Assembly: GCA_964454175.1 (NCBI GenBank)
Contig: CAYVSA010000057.1
Location: 1 to 12,018 of the forward strand
DNA length: 12,018 nucleotides
Reading direction: 5' to 3'
Origin: an uncultured Pseudomonadota bacterium
GTDB lineage: Bacteria > BMS3Abin14
Part shown: one piece after another, positions 1 through 7,353 of the stretch
Layout of the letters: each line of letters starts with the position of its first letter
Position numbering within the stretch: position 1 is the first letter of the stretch
Notes under the pieces: model-generated
The model's database searches: none
What the model was told of the DNA's origin: nothing
The model's input: the letters and a program-made list of their open reading frames with translations, nothing else
Position numbers and translations under genes: made by a program

Positions 1-15
1 CGAAGAGGTGACCTA

Positions 16-960
16 ATGAAAAAAGTCGGCTCCTTATTACGATCGCTTACACTATTTGTCGCAGCACTTGTGTTCCTCGTGCAAGGCAGCCTGACCATGG
101 CGTCAGCGAGCCAGGTCAGCAGCGGTAAGATAGTCGCTGTTGGCGGGGTGGAGCATGATTGGGGTTTCATTGACATAAAGGGCGGCAACCTTAAGCACAG
201 GTTCACACTTCTGAATACCGGGAAGCAGGACCTGATTCTCAAAGGCGGTTTCACATCGTGCGGATGCACCAAAGTCAAGTTCACCCTGGCTGACGGTTCG
301 GTTTCCCCGGAATTCGGTATGTCTCTGATGTCGGATTGGGTCGGAGTTGTCAGGCCGGGTGAAAGCTTTGACGCAACAGCAACATTTGATCCGCTTGCCC
401 ACGGTCCGGACGCCCTTGGTCCTGTTGTGAGGAAGGTTTATGTTGTCAGCAGCGCTCCTCCAGACGGCCGCATAACAACGATAATGCCTATCGTCAGGGA
501 CGGCAGTGTCACGACCATGCAGCTATCCGGAAATATTGTTTCTCCTGAGGAGTTCAGGAGCAGCGCCGGACCGAAAAACTACGAGTATGCCCTGGGGAAT
601 TTCAAATTCCGCGAGACGGAACACGACCTTGGCCGCCTGAAGCAGAGTCAGGGGATCGTCAAGTTCGAGTTCCCGTTCGTCTATGATGGAAAAGAAGCAG
701 CAACTGTCACCGGAACACCAACAAGCTGCGGGTGTACTACTGCCTCAGTGTCGGTGAAAACACTGAAACCGGGCCAGGAGGGCGTACTCATGGTTGAGTT
801 CGACCCGAATTTTCACGAAGAACCTGCTGGAAAGTTCTTCAGGACCATATCAATTCTCACAGATCCTCCCCAAAAAGAGCGGGCTGAAGTACGTGTCTGG
901 GCTGAGATCGATAAGGACCTGGGGCACGAAGCGTATAAACATAAAGAACATGACGATTAA
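16..960 (+). CDS. Exported protein with two DUF1573-like (Ig-like) domains
   Basis: 314 aa. GAGGTG RBS upstream. Signal peptide (MKK, hydrophobic core, ASA site). Two repeats of the DUF1573 pattern (D-x-G-x-I/L ... F ... TSCGCT ... PG ... FDP). His/acidic C-terminal tail. Confidence 0.8.
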   Translation: MKKVGSLLRSLTLFVAALVFLVQGSLTMASASQVSSGKIVAVGGVEHDWGFIDIKGGNLKHRFTLLNTGKQDLILKGGFTSCGCTKVKFTLADGSVSPEFGMSLMSDWVGVVRPGESFDATATFDPLAHGPDALGPVVRKVYVVSSAPPDGRITTIMPIVRDGSVTTMQLSGNIVSPEEFRSSAGPKNYEYALGNFKFRETEHDLGRLKQSQGIVKFEFPFVYDGKEAATVTGTPTSCGCTTASVSVKTLKPGQEGVLMVEFDPNFHEEPAGKFFRTISILTDPPQKERAEVRVWAEIDKDLGHEAYKHKEHDD

Positions 961-1145
961 TTAACGGATCCATGTCCCAGGACCCAAGACCCATGTTGGT
1001 TAAATCAGAGTTTGAAAAATTGGCGATTGGCCCTTCGACTAAATCAGGGGCGATGCTCACGGCAGGCAATGGGTTAGAGGCCGTAGGCAAGGGGAAGAGG
1101 CAGACGTATCGGGGTAGAACATTGGAGCGTTGGGCATAGGAGCAG

Positions 1146-1457
1146 CTACTTATCGATCTCGAACCTGATATCAGTCACGACACCTTCTCCTACCTCACGA
1201 GCAAGCCTGGCCAGGAGTTCGCTTTTCATCATAGTGAGCTCCTGCATCCAGGTCGGGCTCTCCACGGTAATGACGAGGACAGAGTCCCGGAACCTGGAAG
1301 CCTGGGAGTATTGTGCGGCATCGCCGGCAATTACTTCCCACGCGAGCATTGCTCTGCCCCTGTCTGATGTTTCTTCCGGGAGCCCAAGGCTCTCCAGAAG
1401 ATTTTTTATAACACTCCCAATAGGCGTGAGCGGCTGTTTTTTTCGTCTTGAGTTCAC
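1146..1457 (-). CDS. DUF721 / DciA-family protein
   Basis: 103 aa, GTG start with AGGA RBS. Motifs 'PIGSVI', 'AWEVIAG', 'LVITVESPTWMQELTMMKSELLARL' and 'VTDIRF' are typical of DUF721. Confidence 0.85.
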   Translation of the reverse strand: MNSRRKKQPLTPIGSVIKNLLESLGLPEETSDRGRAMLAWEVIAGDAAQYSQASRFRDSVLVITVESPTWMQELTMMKSELLARLAREVGEGVVTDIRFEIDK

Positions 1458-1496
1458 TATCAGTCCTTGTAATTACCTAAAAATAGTCGTATTTTC

Positions 1497-1525
1497 TTGA
1501 CACTTCCGGGCAACAATACTAATAG
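1497..1525 (+). promoter_or_regulatory. Putative sigma70 promoter for the gntR pair
   Basis: Perfect TTGACA at 1497-1502. The -10 candidate TAATAG at 17-bp spacing (1520-1525) is imperfect. Confidence 0.45.
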
Positions 1526-1526
1526 A

Positions 1527-1554
1527 TATTGTGTATTGTATATTGTATACAATG
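1527..1554. promoter_or_regulatory. Putative GntR (FadR-subfamily) operator
   Basis: Perfect 12-bp palindrome ATTGTATACAAT (1542-1553) within phased TATTGT repeats. It fits the GT-Nx-AC GntR motif and lies between the promoter and the first gntR start. Confidence 0.65.
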
Positions 1555-1594
1555 TAACAATACCATCTCACCTCCGACTGGAAGACAATACGAC

Positions 1595-2281
1595 ATGAAG
1601 CTCAGAAAACACAAGACCCTAAGAGAGCAGATAGTCTTTTCCCTCCGCGAATCAATTATCAGAGGCGATTTAAAACCGGGGCAGAAGCTCACAGAGCCGG
1701 AACTGGCAAACCGCCTCGGCATCAGCAGGACCCCTATAAGGGAATCCTTCCGCCAACTGGAGAGCGAGGGGTTTCTAACGGTTGTTCCCCGTAAGGGGGC
1801 GGTAGTATCGAGTATCACCAGAAAGGATATAGAAGATTTCTATGAACTTAAAAGCCTGCTGGAAGGATATGCTGCGAGAATAGCTGCAGAGAGGATATCA
1901 ACAAAAGACGTGGAAAACCTGGTTAAACTCAATCAAAAGCTTAATGAGTTTGCGGATAAGGAACAGCTGGAAAAATTTTTTTCGAAGAACGAGGAATTTC
2001 ACAATTACTATTTAAACCTCTGCGGCAACGAAAAGCTGGTGGAGATCAGGGATTCGATGGTAAAAAGGTTCCTGGGCTTCAGGATGGCGGCCCTGTCGCT
2101 GCCCGGCAGGCTTGAAGAATCGGTCAAGCAGCACGAGCAGATCATTAAGGCATTCAAGAGGAAAGATGGCCGGCTGGCTGAGGCTGTTGTGGTTGAGCAC
2201 GCCCTTCTCGGGGGAGACTACCTTGCCGAGCAGGTGGACAGAAGCTCCAGGGAACAGACAGATCCTGAGAGGAAGAGATGA
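1595..2281 (+). CDS. GntR-family transcriptional regulator (wHTH + FCD domain), copy 1
   Basis: wHTH 'LKPGQKLTEPELANRLGISRTPIRESFRQLESEG...PRKGAVV'; FCD motifs NEEFH, QHEQI and EH. ATG 1595 (228 aa) is preferred over the track start at 1529, which lies in the operator. Confidence 0.92.
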   Translation: MKLRKHKTLREQIVFSLRESIIRGDLKPGQKLTEPELANRLGISRTPIRESFRQLESEGFLTVVPRKGAVVSSITRKDIEDFYELKSLLEGYAARIAAERISTKDVENLVKLNQKLNEFADKEQLEKFFSKNEEFHNYYLNLCGNEKLVEIRDSMVKRFLGFRMAALSLPGRLEESVKQHEQIIKAFKRKDGRLAEAVVVEHALLGGDYLAEQVDRSSREQTDPERKR

Positions 2282-2955
2282 AAGATTTCAAGATCAAGAT
2301 CGAAGAGCCCAAACTGCTTTCAGAAGACATTGCAGACTCTATCAAAACCGCTATCATCAAGGGCAAATTCAAGCCTGGGGAGCGCATATCCGAGGGAGAT
2401 CTGGCCGACACGATGGGTATATCAAGGACGCCGCTCCGTGAAGCCTTCAGGAAACTGGAAAACGAGGGCTTCATTACGATAATTCCCCGCAAGGGTGCTA
2501 TTGTGACAGAGATCGACCCGGAAGAAGCCAGAGATCTTTACATCATTAAGGGAACCCTTGAAGGCCTGGCCGCAAGGCTGGCAGCCCCGGTAATAAAAGA
2601 GAGGGATATCGAGAAGCTGGAAAAGATAAACGATGAGTTAAAGGGCCTGATGGATGGTAACGATCTGGAGAGCTTCTACAGGCTGCATCGGCGGTTTCAC
2701 ATGGTTTTTGTGAAGGCTTCCGGCAACACAAGGCTCATCCAGATGATCTCTAACCTCAACGATCATTTCAAGCGGATAGGCATTGTTTCCCTTACCCTCC
2801 CGGGACAGTTCGAGCAGACCATCCACCAGCACGAACAGATCATAAAGGCCTTCAAAAAAGGAAATGAAAAGGCAGCCGAGGAGAAGGTCAGAGAGAACGT
2901 CCAGACCGGTGGACAGGTTCTGCTGGATCATCTGTCGGAATCTGGTGATGAGTGA
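2278..2955 (+). CDS. GntR-family transcriptional regulator (wHTH + FCD domain), copy 2
   Basis: 225 aa. 'FKPGERISEGDLADTMGISRTPLREAFRKLENEG...PRKGAIV'; FCD motifs HRRFH and QHEQI. ATGA overlap with the upstream gene. Confidence 0.92.
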   Translation: MKDFKIKIEEPKLLSEDIADSIKTAIIKGKFKPGERISEGDLADTMGISRTPLREAFRKLENEGFITIIPRKGAIVTEIDPEEARDLYIIKGTLEGLAARLAAPVIKERDIEKLEKINDELKGLMDGNDLESFYRLHRRFHMVFVKASGNTRLIQMISNLNDHFKRIGIVSLTLPGQFEQTIHQHEQIIKAFKKGNEKAAEEKVRENVQTGGQVLLDHLSESGDE

Positions 2956-2967
2956 TGGTGATGATGA

Positions 2968-3207
2968 TCTGGTTTCTGGTTTCCAGTTTCTGGTATTCAA
3001 TCGACAGGGAGCCCGAACCTGGTAATCAGTAGTCGAAATGTTTATTATGGACAGGGTTCTTCTTCCATTTCCCACTCTCCATTTTCCAATTTTCATTACT
3101 CTGTTTACTAATGCTCTTATTTCTAATATCTAATTGTCTTGGAATAAATTTTCAATTTCCAATGTGCTTTTTAACTAACCCGGGATCTGGGTCCCGGGGT
3201 TTGGGAA
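2968..3207. repeat. Degenerate heptameric tandem repeat clusters
   Basis: tctggtt/tctggtt/tccagtt/tctggta (2968-2995); ttccatt/tcccact/ctccatt/ttccaat/tttcatt (3063-3097); ttctaat/atctaat (3121-3134); tttcaat/ttccaat (3150-3163); ccgggat/ctgggtc/ccggggt/ttgggaa (3180-3207). Confidence 0.6.
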
Positions 3208-3226
3208 TCTTTACAACCTGACAACC

Positions 3227-6049
3227 ATGAAGCGAAGAACATTTCTCAAGATAGGCGGAGCTGCACTGGCGGGTCTTCTGCCGCGAACGGGCAGGGCAGG
3301 TGCCAGGCCAGCCCAGGTCTCCCGTCCAACGGTCGTTTACGGTGAAGAAGTAGCCAGCCGATGCCCTCTCTGCTCCATGGGCTGCGGGACGATCTCGTTT
3401 CTGGACCCCTCGGGTCTTCTGAAAATAGAGGGGGACCCCGACTGCCCCATCGCCATGGGCAGTCTTTGCGCCAGGGGCGCTGCTTTTGTCAAGGTCAACG
3501 GGATATGGGAAAAACAAAAACCGTTGTACCGGCGTCCGGGCGCACTCGACTGGGAGGAGATCAGCCTGGATAGTGCCCTGGGCAGGGTCGCACGGCGCAT
3601 TAAGGATATGCGAGATGTAAGGATGAGGACGGCCAAAGGTAAGGGCAGCGAACGAAACCGCTTCGATTCCATGGCCCTTATCGCGGGGGGTAACCTTACC
3701 AATGAACAGGCCTACACAGCGGTCAAGCTCTTCCGTTCTCTGGGAGTAGTTCACATGGACACAACGGTCCGATCCTGCAGGGGGATGGCGGCTGCAGGCC
3801 TCATGGACACTCTGGGCCTTCCGGGCCCGACCCATTCAACTGACCAGGTCGCCAAAGCTGACGTAGTAGTCCTTTTGGGAACCAATCCCGGCCTCACATC
3901 ACCGGCCCTGGCGAGGTCATTGGAGGATGTGCGAAAACGAAGTGGAACAGTTATTATTCTCGACCCTCGAAGGACTGAAACAGCGCGGCCAGATGACATC
4001 TGGCTGAATGTTCGCCCCGGAAGTGACGCTGCCGTTCTTGGGGCCATGATATCCTGGGTGATGGAAAAGGGTAAGGTTCGCGTGGATGAACTCACCGGAT
4101 ACACGGACGCAAACTTCATGACAGTTACCGAGTTCGAAGGTGAATACGAGCGCTTCACATCAGGGAAGAAAAAAGGCGGACTCATTCGTGACAACACCCT
4201 CACTGAACCCTATTCAGTATATCAGCGTCTGAGGGCTCACTACTCGAGATATTCCCTCGAAAATGCATCGGCCATAGCCGGTATCGACAAGGCACTCCTG
4301 AGGAGGGCATGCCGACTGCTGGCCAGGACTGGAGAGCAGGAGTTTTCCGCCTGTTTCGTTCTTGGGTCGGGAGCAGTATCTGGTACCTCAGGGGCTGAGC
4401 TGACAAGGCAGGTGGCGATACTCCAGGCCCTCCTGGGTAATCTCAAGAAACGCGGCGGTGGAATAGTGATGGCTGCGGGAGCAGGCAACGCACAGGGAGT
4501 CTGCGATATGGGGCTGCTCTCGCCTTATCTCCCAGGTTATCTGCCCCTTCCCATTGTGGGCAGGGATCCACTGAAAAGCGCGGGGAGCAAAAGTGAAGGA
4601 CAAGCGATCCAGGCCCTTGCAAGGACATGGTTTGCAAGAGACGGTGGGGCTGAAGCGGCCTCCCTGCTGCCAGGAAGGTACAAGGGCGAAGACCTTACGG
4701 TTAACGGGATCATCCGCAATATAGCATCAGAGAAAATAAAGGCCCTGGTTGTCATCGGGGCCGAACCCTTTAACAGCCTGCCTGGCCGGAAGCGCCTTCT
4801 GGAGGCCATGGAAAAACTTGATCTCCTCGTAGTCATGGATATAGACCCTGGAAGCACCTGCAACTTCTGGAAGTCTGCAAAAAGGGGTTCACCCTCTGTT
4901 AAAACGGAGATTATGTTTATTCCTGTAGAGCCCCCAGCCCTACGCTTGGGAAGTGTTACCGATGGGTCCCGGCGAGTTCGCTCCCTGGCCTCAGCTCTGA
5001 AAATCCCGGAAGATGGGGCCTCACTCCTGGCAGTGCTGTCCGCACTGGGGCATGGGATTCAGACTATTTACAGACAGGAAAAGGGGTTTGCCGCAGGTCC
5101 TGTAGAGGCAATGATCTGGCCCTATAATATCACCGTGAAAAAAACCGCAGATGAGATAAACGGCGTCGTGGATCCATCTGAATCTACGCCTCGATTCCTG
5201 TCGCCTGGAAATAGCTGGCCCAGGGAGGCCCGCTGCGGAAACAGGCTTTACAGGGGCTGGATGACAGAGGAAGAATGGCTTCCCGAGCGCAGAGATAACT
5301 CCGATCCTTTTGGAAGGGGCTTTTTCGGCAGGTGGGGCTGGTTCTGGCCATGGGGGGTGCCTGATCCGTTCTCTCATGTCTATTTTGACAAGACAGACAG
5401 GTCTGTGCTCCTCCGCTGGGACGAACAGGGCAGCACAAGACTTAAGGCCAGGGATGTTTTGCCGCTCAGGCCCGGTTTACCCATCCTTTTCTGGAAGAAA
5501 GTGAGTAAAGGAACGGTTTTCCCTGAGCATTACGAGCCTTTTCACAGCCCCGTTCCTGATTTCTTCACGGGGGGAACATCTGATCCTTTCGTCAGGCTCA
5601 GGGATGGCGGCCTTAAAGAGTGGGACTATCTTTTCAGGAGACCGGAAAGGGTCCTAAGTAAATTTCCAGTGATCCTGACGTTTCGCCGTACCGGCAACAT
5701 CATGGGAAGCGGGGGCGTTCTTTCCAGGGTGGACTGGCTGGCCGAATTGGGTACGGTCAGGATCATGGAGATCAGTCCGGAATTTGCCGATGAACTGGGC
5801 GTCAAGGATGGGGCAAAGGTCAGCGTTACTTCTCCTGATGACAAGGCCGCCCTCACTGCGAGAGTTGCGGTGACCTCGAGGATAAGGGATTTTTCCTATG
5901 CTGGCGTGCGGCATCCTGTCGCATCCATGACTCTATTCGGTGGTGGGGACCTGTCTGCCAACACACTGATGACGGCTATCCAGAACACTTCCAACGGGGG
6001 CTTCGAAATGAAAGCATTCCTGGTGAGGGTTGAAAAGAAGGGAACGTGA
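3227..6049 (+). CDS. Divergent FdhA-like molybdopterin oxidoreductase (DMSO reductase family), Tat-exported, non-canonical active site
   Basis: 940 aa intact ORF. Tat motif KRRTFLK. [4Fe-4S] motif CPLCSMGC...LCARG. Collinear with the downstream FdhA (PLYRRPG, LDPR, FPEHYEP, EMKAFLV). Active site reads RSCR instead of RIUH. Confidence 0.85.
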   Translation: MKRRTFLKIGGAALAGLLPRTGRAGARPAQVSRPTVVYGEEVASRCPLCSMGCGTISFLDPSGLLKIEGDPDCPIAMGSLCARGAAFVKVNGIWEKQKPLYRRPGALDWEEISLDSALGRVARRIKDMRDVRMRTAKGKGSERNRFDSMALIAGGNLTNEQAYTAVKLFRSLGVVHMDTTVRSCRGMAAAGLMDTLGLPGPTHSTDQVAKADVVVLLGTNPGLTSPALARSLEDVRKRSGTVIILDPRRTETARPDDIWLNVRPGSDAAVLGAMISWVMEKGKVRVDELTGYTDANFMTVTEFEGEYERFTSGKKKGGLIRDNTLTEPYSVYQRLRAHYSRYSLENASAIAGIDKALLRRACRLLARTGEQEFSACFVLGSGAVSGTSGAELTRQVAILQALLGNLKKRGGGIVMAAGAGNAQGVCDMGLLSPYLPGYLPLPIVGRDPLKSAGSKSEGQAIQALARTWFARDGGAEAASLLPGRYKGEDLTVNGIIRNIASEKIKALVVIGAEPFNSLPGRKRLLEAMEKLDLLVVMDIDPGSTCNFWKSAKRGSPSVKTEIMFIPVEPPALRLGSVTDGSRRVRSLASALKIPEDGASLLAVLSALGHGIQTIYRQEKGFAAGPVEAMIWPYNITVKKTADEINGVVDPSESTPRFLSPGNSWPREARCGNRLYRGWMTEEEWLPERRDNSDPFGRGFFGRWGWFWPWGVPDPFSHVYFDKTDRSVLLRWDEQGSTRLKARDVLPLRPGLPILFWKKVSKGTVFPEHYEPFHSPVPDFFTGGTSDPFVRLRDGGLKEWDYLFRRPERVLSKFPVILTFRRTGNIMGSGGVLSRVDWLAELGTVRIMEISPEFADELGVKDGAKVSVTSPDDKAALTARVAVTSRIRDFSYAGVRHPVASMTLFGGGDLSANTLMTAIQNTSNGGFEMKAFLVRVEKKGT

Positions 6050-6081
6050 GCCTGGCAAGGTCAGGTTCGGGATGCGTCGGT

Positions 6082-6110
6082 TAGACATTGCGTGTCAGAT
6101 TGGATATAAG
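6082..6110 (+). promoter_or_regulatory. Possible sigma70 promoter for fdhE
   Basis: TAGACA-N17-TATAAG in the 111-bp gap before fdhE. Confidence 0.3.
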
Positions 6111-6160
6111 GATTGAATACCAAATTCCATCTACCTGAAGGCTGAACCAACGGGAGAGAC

Positions 6161-7048
6161 ATGAATAACTTTGAAAGCCGTGAAAAAACGTTCAGAGATG
6201 CTCTGTATTCCGGGGTAATGGATATTGAGGAGATGGAGGATGTCCTTGCACTCTACAGGGACCTTTATCCCGTAATATCAAAAAAGCTGGCAACGGCAGG
6301 AAAACAGAGGGAGCTGAGCTCCGAAGAGGCCAAAGTACGGCTCGGTGAGGGATTCACTCTCCTTGACCCCAAGGATCTGCTGCCAACCGAAAAGGGCATG
6401 GTCAAAAGGGCTGTGGCAGTGGCTGACGTTCTGGGAAAGCACTCTCAGGAAAATACGCCGTGGTCGGACGGCAGCCTTGACAGGCTTCTGGAGCCGGCAG
6501 TTTTGGCCAAACTGGTTTCCGAGTATCTGTCAGGAGGCGAAGAGACCCTGAAAAAGGAGCTGGCCAGAGTTTCTGTTGAGAAGGATCTTGGAGTATTCCT
6601 GGTCTTTAACGTTACGAAAGGAGTATTCCTTACAGCGGCAAGATCGCTCGGGGACGCCGACACCGAAAGCTGGGAGGGCGGCAGCTGCCCGGTTTGCGGA
6701 GGAGGACCCGCTGTGGCTTCGCTGGAGGAGGAGGGTGGCAAACGGTATCTCGTCTGCCACAGGTGCCATTGGAAATGGAGATATCCCAGGGTCCGCTGTC
6801 CCTTCTGCGACAGCACCGACCATGAGCACCTTGGCTACTTTACTGTTGAAGAAGAGCGGGAAAATGTGAGAGTGGATTTTTGCAGAAAATGCAGCGGATA
6901 TATCAAGACCTGGGACATGAGGGATGGCTCGGAAATTGTTCCGGAAGCCCAGGACCTTCTGACTGTGCGCTACGACCTTGCAGGAGAGGGAGAGGGTTTC
7001 ACCCGAAAGGCACCAAATCTTTTCGGGGTACGAGTGGGAACCGATTAA
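6161..7048 (+). CDS. fdhE: Formate dehydrogenase accessory protein FdhE
   Basis: 295 aa, GGGAG RBS. Four CxxC motifs in the FdhE arrangement: CPVCG, 'RYLVCHRC', 'RVRCPFC' and 'CRKCSGYIKT'. Adjacent to the fdh operon. Confidence 0.9.
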   Translation: MNNFESREKTFRDALYSGVMDIEEMEDVLALYRDLYPVISKKLATAGKQRELSSEEAKVRLGEGFTLLDPKDLLPTEKGMVKRAVAVADVLGKHSQENTPWSDGSLDRLLEPAVLAKLVSEYLSGGEETLKKELARVSVEKDLGVFLVFNVTKGVFLTAARSLGDADTESWEGGSCPVCGGGPAVASLEEEGGKRYLVCHRCHWKWRYPRVRCPFCDSTDHEHLGYFTVEEERENVRVDFCRKCSGYIKTWDMRDGSEIVPEAQDLLTVRYDLAGEGEGFTRKAPNLFGVRVGTD

Positions 7049-7193
7049 GAGTCAGGGTCTTTATGTGGTTTTTTACTCTGGTTACATGTTTTTAATTTAA
7101 AATTCCTTGAAATAAAATAGCGTTTGATGTAAATGTGATTATTGGGTTATTGACCGGGTAAAGTTCAGCTGTAGCTGCGGGAACCCACGGGGG

Positions 7194-7222
7194 TTGCTAC
7201 TGAGGTTTTAAACCAATACATT
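7194..7222 (+). promoter_or_regulatory. Putative sigma70 promoter of the fdh leader/operon
   Basis: TTGCTA (7194-7199)-N17-TACATT (7217-7222). The predicted start near 7229 lies upstream of the structured RNA. Confidence 0.4.
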
Positions 7223-7260
7223 ATTAGATAGCACGGTATTACCGTGCTTGACAGTCTAGT

Positions 7261-7353
7261 CGACTTCCGATCCCGTTTCGTCCCTCCGGGATGTTCGGGA
7301 CGATAGGGTTTGGCGAGCAATTGCCGAGCCTGCCTATCTTGCAAAGGAAGCCG
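7261..7353 (+). ncRNA. Moco/Wco (Tuco)-like riboswitch aptamer candidate lacking P3
   Basis: P1 CUUCC(GA) 7264-7270 pairs with (AAA)GGAAG 7343-7350. P2 is 7271-7300. AGGG leads into a 10-bp P4 (7307-7316/7321-7330) capped by a GCAA (GNRA) loop. The 3' segment GCCU-GCCUAUCUUGC-AAAGGA parallels the Moco motif GCCU-CCCGUAUUUGG-AAAGGA as recalled. Located directly upstream of a Mo/W enzyme. Confidence 0.65.

Noticed and set aside
1529-1594. Cys-rich N-terminal extension (MCIVYCIQC) on GntR copy 1
   Set aside because: It is a translation of the TATTGT operator repeats from a TTG without an RBS; ATG 1595 is more plausible.
2945-2967. Stacked TGA codons after GntR copy 2 (poly-His on the minus strand, or Sec read-through)
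   Set aside because: Simple GAT/TGA trinucleotide run; no SECIS-like hairpin or credible ORF.
2956-3226. CRISPR array or IS element in the intergenic repeats
   Set aside because: Repeats are degenerate 7-mers without spacers; no transposase or terminal inverted repeats are seen.
7165-7203. Bulged hairpin (GTAGC...AACCC/GGGTT...GCTAC) as tRNA-Sec or another ncRNA
   Set aside because: No cloverleaf or T-loop motif, irregular pairing, and it overlaps the putative -35 box.
7248-7276. Perfect TTGACA as the fdh promoter -35 box
   Set aside because: No -10 hexamer at 16-18 bp spacing (TCCCGT), and the start would fall inside the structured RNA.
7311-7325. Sigma54 promoter (TGGC...TTGC)
   Set aside because: GG to GC spacing is 9 rather than 10, and the sequence is explained by the P4 hairpin.
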